Source: an uncultured Candidatus Saccharibacteria bacterium
Lineage (GTDB): Bacteria > Patescibacteriota > Minisyncoccia > Phycocordibacterales > UBA9973
Length of the DNA: 64,000 nucleotides
NCBI GenBank assembly: GCA_964398205.1
Contig: CAYNLU010000002.1
Location: 1,004-65,003, forward strand
Direction: 5' to 3'
The notes under the pieces were generated by a model. The model was not told where the DNA came from. It was given only the letters and a program-made list of their open reading frames with translations, and made no database searches. The position numbers and the translations under genes are program-made. Numbering within the stretch: the stretch's first letter is position 1; each line of letters opens with the position of its first letter. Below, one piece after another: positions 62,768 through 64,000 of this stretch.

Positions 62768-64000
62768 CTATTTAAACATGATTCTTATATTCTCTATTTC
62801 TTGCATTAATTGAGGATCCTCTTTTAAATCTTCTTTGATTTTTAAATACGAGTGAATAACTGTTGTGTGATCTCTACCCCCTAATTTTTGACCAATTAAA
62901 GGATAAGAAACATTAAAATCTTCTCTAAGTAAATACATAACAACTTGTCTCGCTTTTACTATTTCTTTTCTTCTTGTTTTATCATATACAGCATCCTCCT
63001 CTATTTCGTAATGATCACTCACAATTTTAACAACATCCTTCACTGATATGTTTTTCTTAGGTTTAATATTGTTTTTAAGTATATTTTTTACATCTAAAAG
63101 AGAAAGAGGTTTGTTTTTTATTTTATATTGCATAACAATAGCATTTAAACTACCTTCTAATTCCCGAATATTACCCCTTATTGTTTCTGCTATGTAATTT
63201 ACTACTCCCTCATCTAAATCAACCCCTTGATCTCGCAATTTAACCTTAAGTATAGCTAATCTAGACTCGTATTCTGGCTCAGAAACATCAACAATCATCC
63301 CTTGAGCAAAACGAGATTTTAATCTATCAGCTAGTTCTGGTATATAGTTTGGGTGTTTATCAGACGAAAATATTATTTGCTTATTGTTCTCATAAAAAGT
63401 ATTAAATGTGTGAAATAATTCTTCTTGAATTTTCTCCATTTTTCCAATAAATTGAATATCATCTATGATTAAAAGATCATATTTACGGTATTTTTCCTTA
63501 AAAGAATTAGCTTTGTTTGATTGTAGTGAATTAATGAAATCAGTAGCGAATCTCTCAAGGGTTATATAATGAACCTTTTTGTTTTGATATTTTTCTTTTA
63601 TAGCGTTACCAACCGCTTGTAGTAGGTGGGTTTTACCTAAACCGGTATTACCATAAACAAAGTAAGGGTTATATTTGGTTCCAGGGTTTTCTATTATCGC
63701 CTGAGAAGCCGCATAAGCTAATTCATTAAAACCTCCTACAATAAAAGAATCAAATCTGTATCTAGGGTTTAAATTATCTTCTGGGCTTATATATAAATCT
63801 TTTAAAGGTAATTCTTTGTTAACACTTACTTCTATTGTGTTTGTTTTTGAATCGTCTTCTTTATTTTCTACTTTAGCAATTACATACTCAACAGCTCTCA
63901 TGTTTTCATAAATATCAGCAATAGTTTTAGTTATTAGTTTATGATATTTATTAAAAAGCCAATCTCTAACAAATTCATTTGGCACAGCTATGTATATAAT
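62768..64000 (-). CDS. dnaA: chromosomal replication initiator DnaA (N-terminus beyond window end)
   Basis: AAA+ Walker A GNTGLGKTHLL, Walker B LLIIDDIQF, C-terminal DNA-binding domain (YPLIGQKLGGRDHTTVIHS). Reading frame stays open to position 64000. Confidence 0.9.
   Translation of the reverse strand: MIYIAVPNEFVRDWLFNKYHKLITKTIADIYENMRAVEYVIAKVENKEDDSKTNTIEVSVNKELPLKDLYISPEDNLNPRYRFDSFIVGGFNELAYAASQAIIENPGTKYNPYFVYGNTGLGKTHLLQAVGNAIKEKYQNKKVHYITLERFATDFINSLQSNKANSFKEKYRKYDLLIIDDIQFIGKMEKIQEELFHTFNTFYENNKQIIFSSDKHPNYIPELADRLKSRFAQGMIVDVSEPEYESRLAILKVKLRDQGVDLDEGVVNYIAETIRGNIRELEGSLNAIVMQYKIKNKPLSLLDVKNILKNNIKPKKNISVKDVVKIVSDHYEIEEDAVYDKTRRKEIVKARQVVMYLLREDFNVSYPLIGQKLGGRDHTTVIHSYLKIKEDLKEDPQLMQEIENIRIMFK

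Noticed and set aside
1-64000. CRISPR array or cas genes
   Set aside because: No run of evenly spaced direct repeats anywhere. The only tandem repeat is the (TA)9 microsatellite. The big helicase lacks an HD nuclease domain and has no cas neighbours.

Overview
This is a low-G+C bacterial chromosome segment, with the tiny-genome feel of a CPR/Patescibacteria-like organism. It reaches the replication origin at its right edge, where dnaN and a partial dnaA sit with DnaA boxes between and next to them.

From about 17.4 kb to the end the content is mostly housekeeping:
- a photolyase;
- a class I RNR whose ATP cone is on the NrdB subunit, next to a Fur-family regulator and a Fur-like box;
- a B12-dependent class II RNR in an operon with a PduO-type adenosyltransferase and a small membrane protein;
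- a copper module (csoR, DUF305, copA, an HMA-CcdA membrane protein);
- ruvABC, mutM, uvrABC (a short UvrC), polA, tsaE, pilB, a LOG-family protein, tyrS, PBP1A, tRNA-Arg and tRNA-Lys.

The left ~17 kb looks G+C-richer by eye and reads as an acquired island. It holds:
- a large serine recombinase;
- a 1633-aa DUF4011/Upf1-like SF1 helicase with a C-terminal Vsr/DUF559-like endonuclease domain (an HheA-like architecture), followed 14 nt later by a PD-(D/E)xK plus DEDD-exonuclease (DUF2779-like) protein;
- a tight five-gene minus-strand operon with two beta-class DNA methyltransferases, one fused to a ParB-like nuclease domain, plus three proteins with no recognisable catalytic domain.

The candidate undescribed system lies in this island: the helicase-nuclease pair and the methyltransferase-linked operon.

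Separately, uvrA carries two in-frame palindromic insertions. One of them belongs to a short repeat family that also occurs in two nearby intergenic regions. This resembles the Rickettsia palindromic elements that sit inside protein-coding genes.
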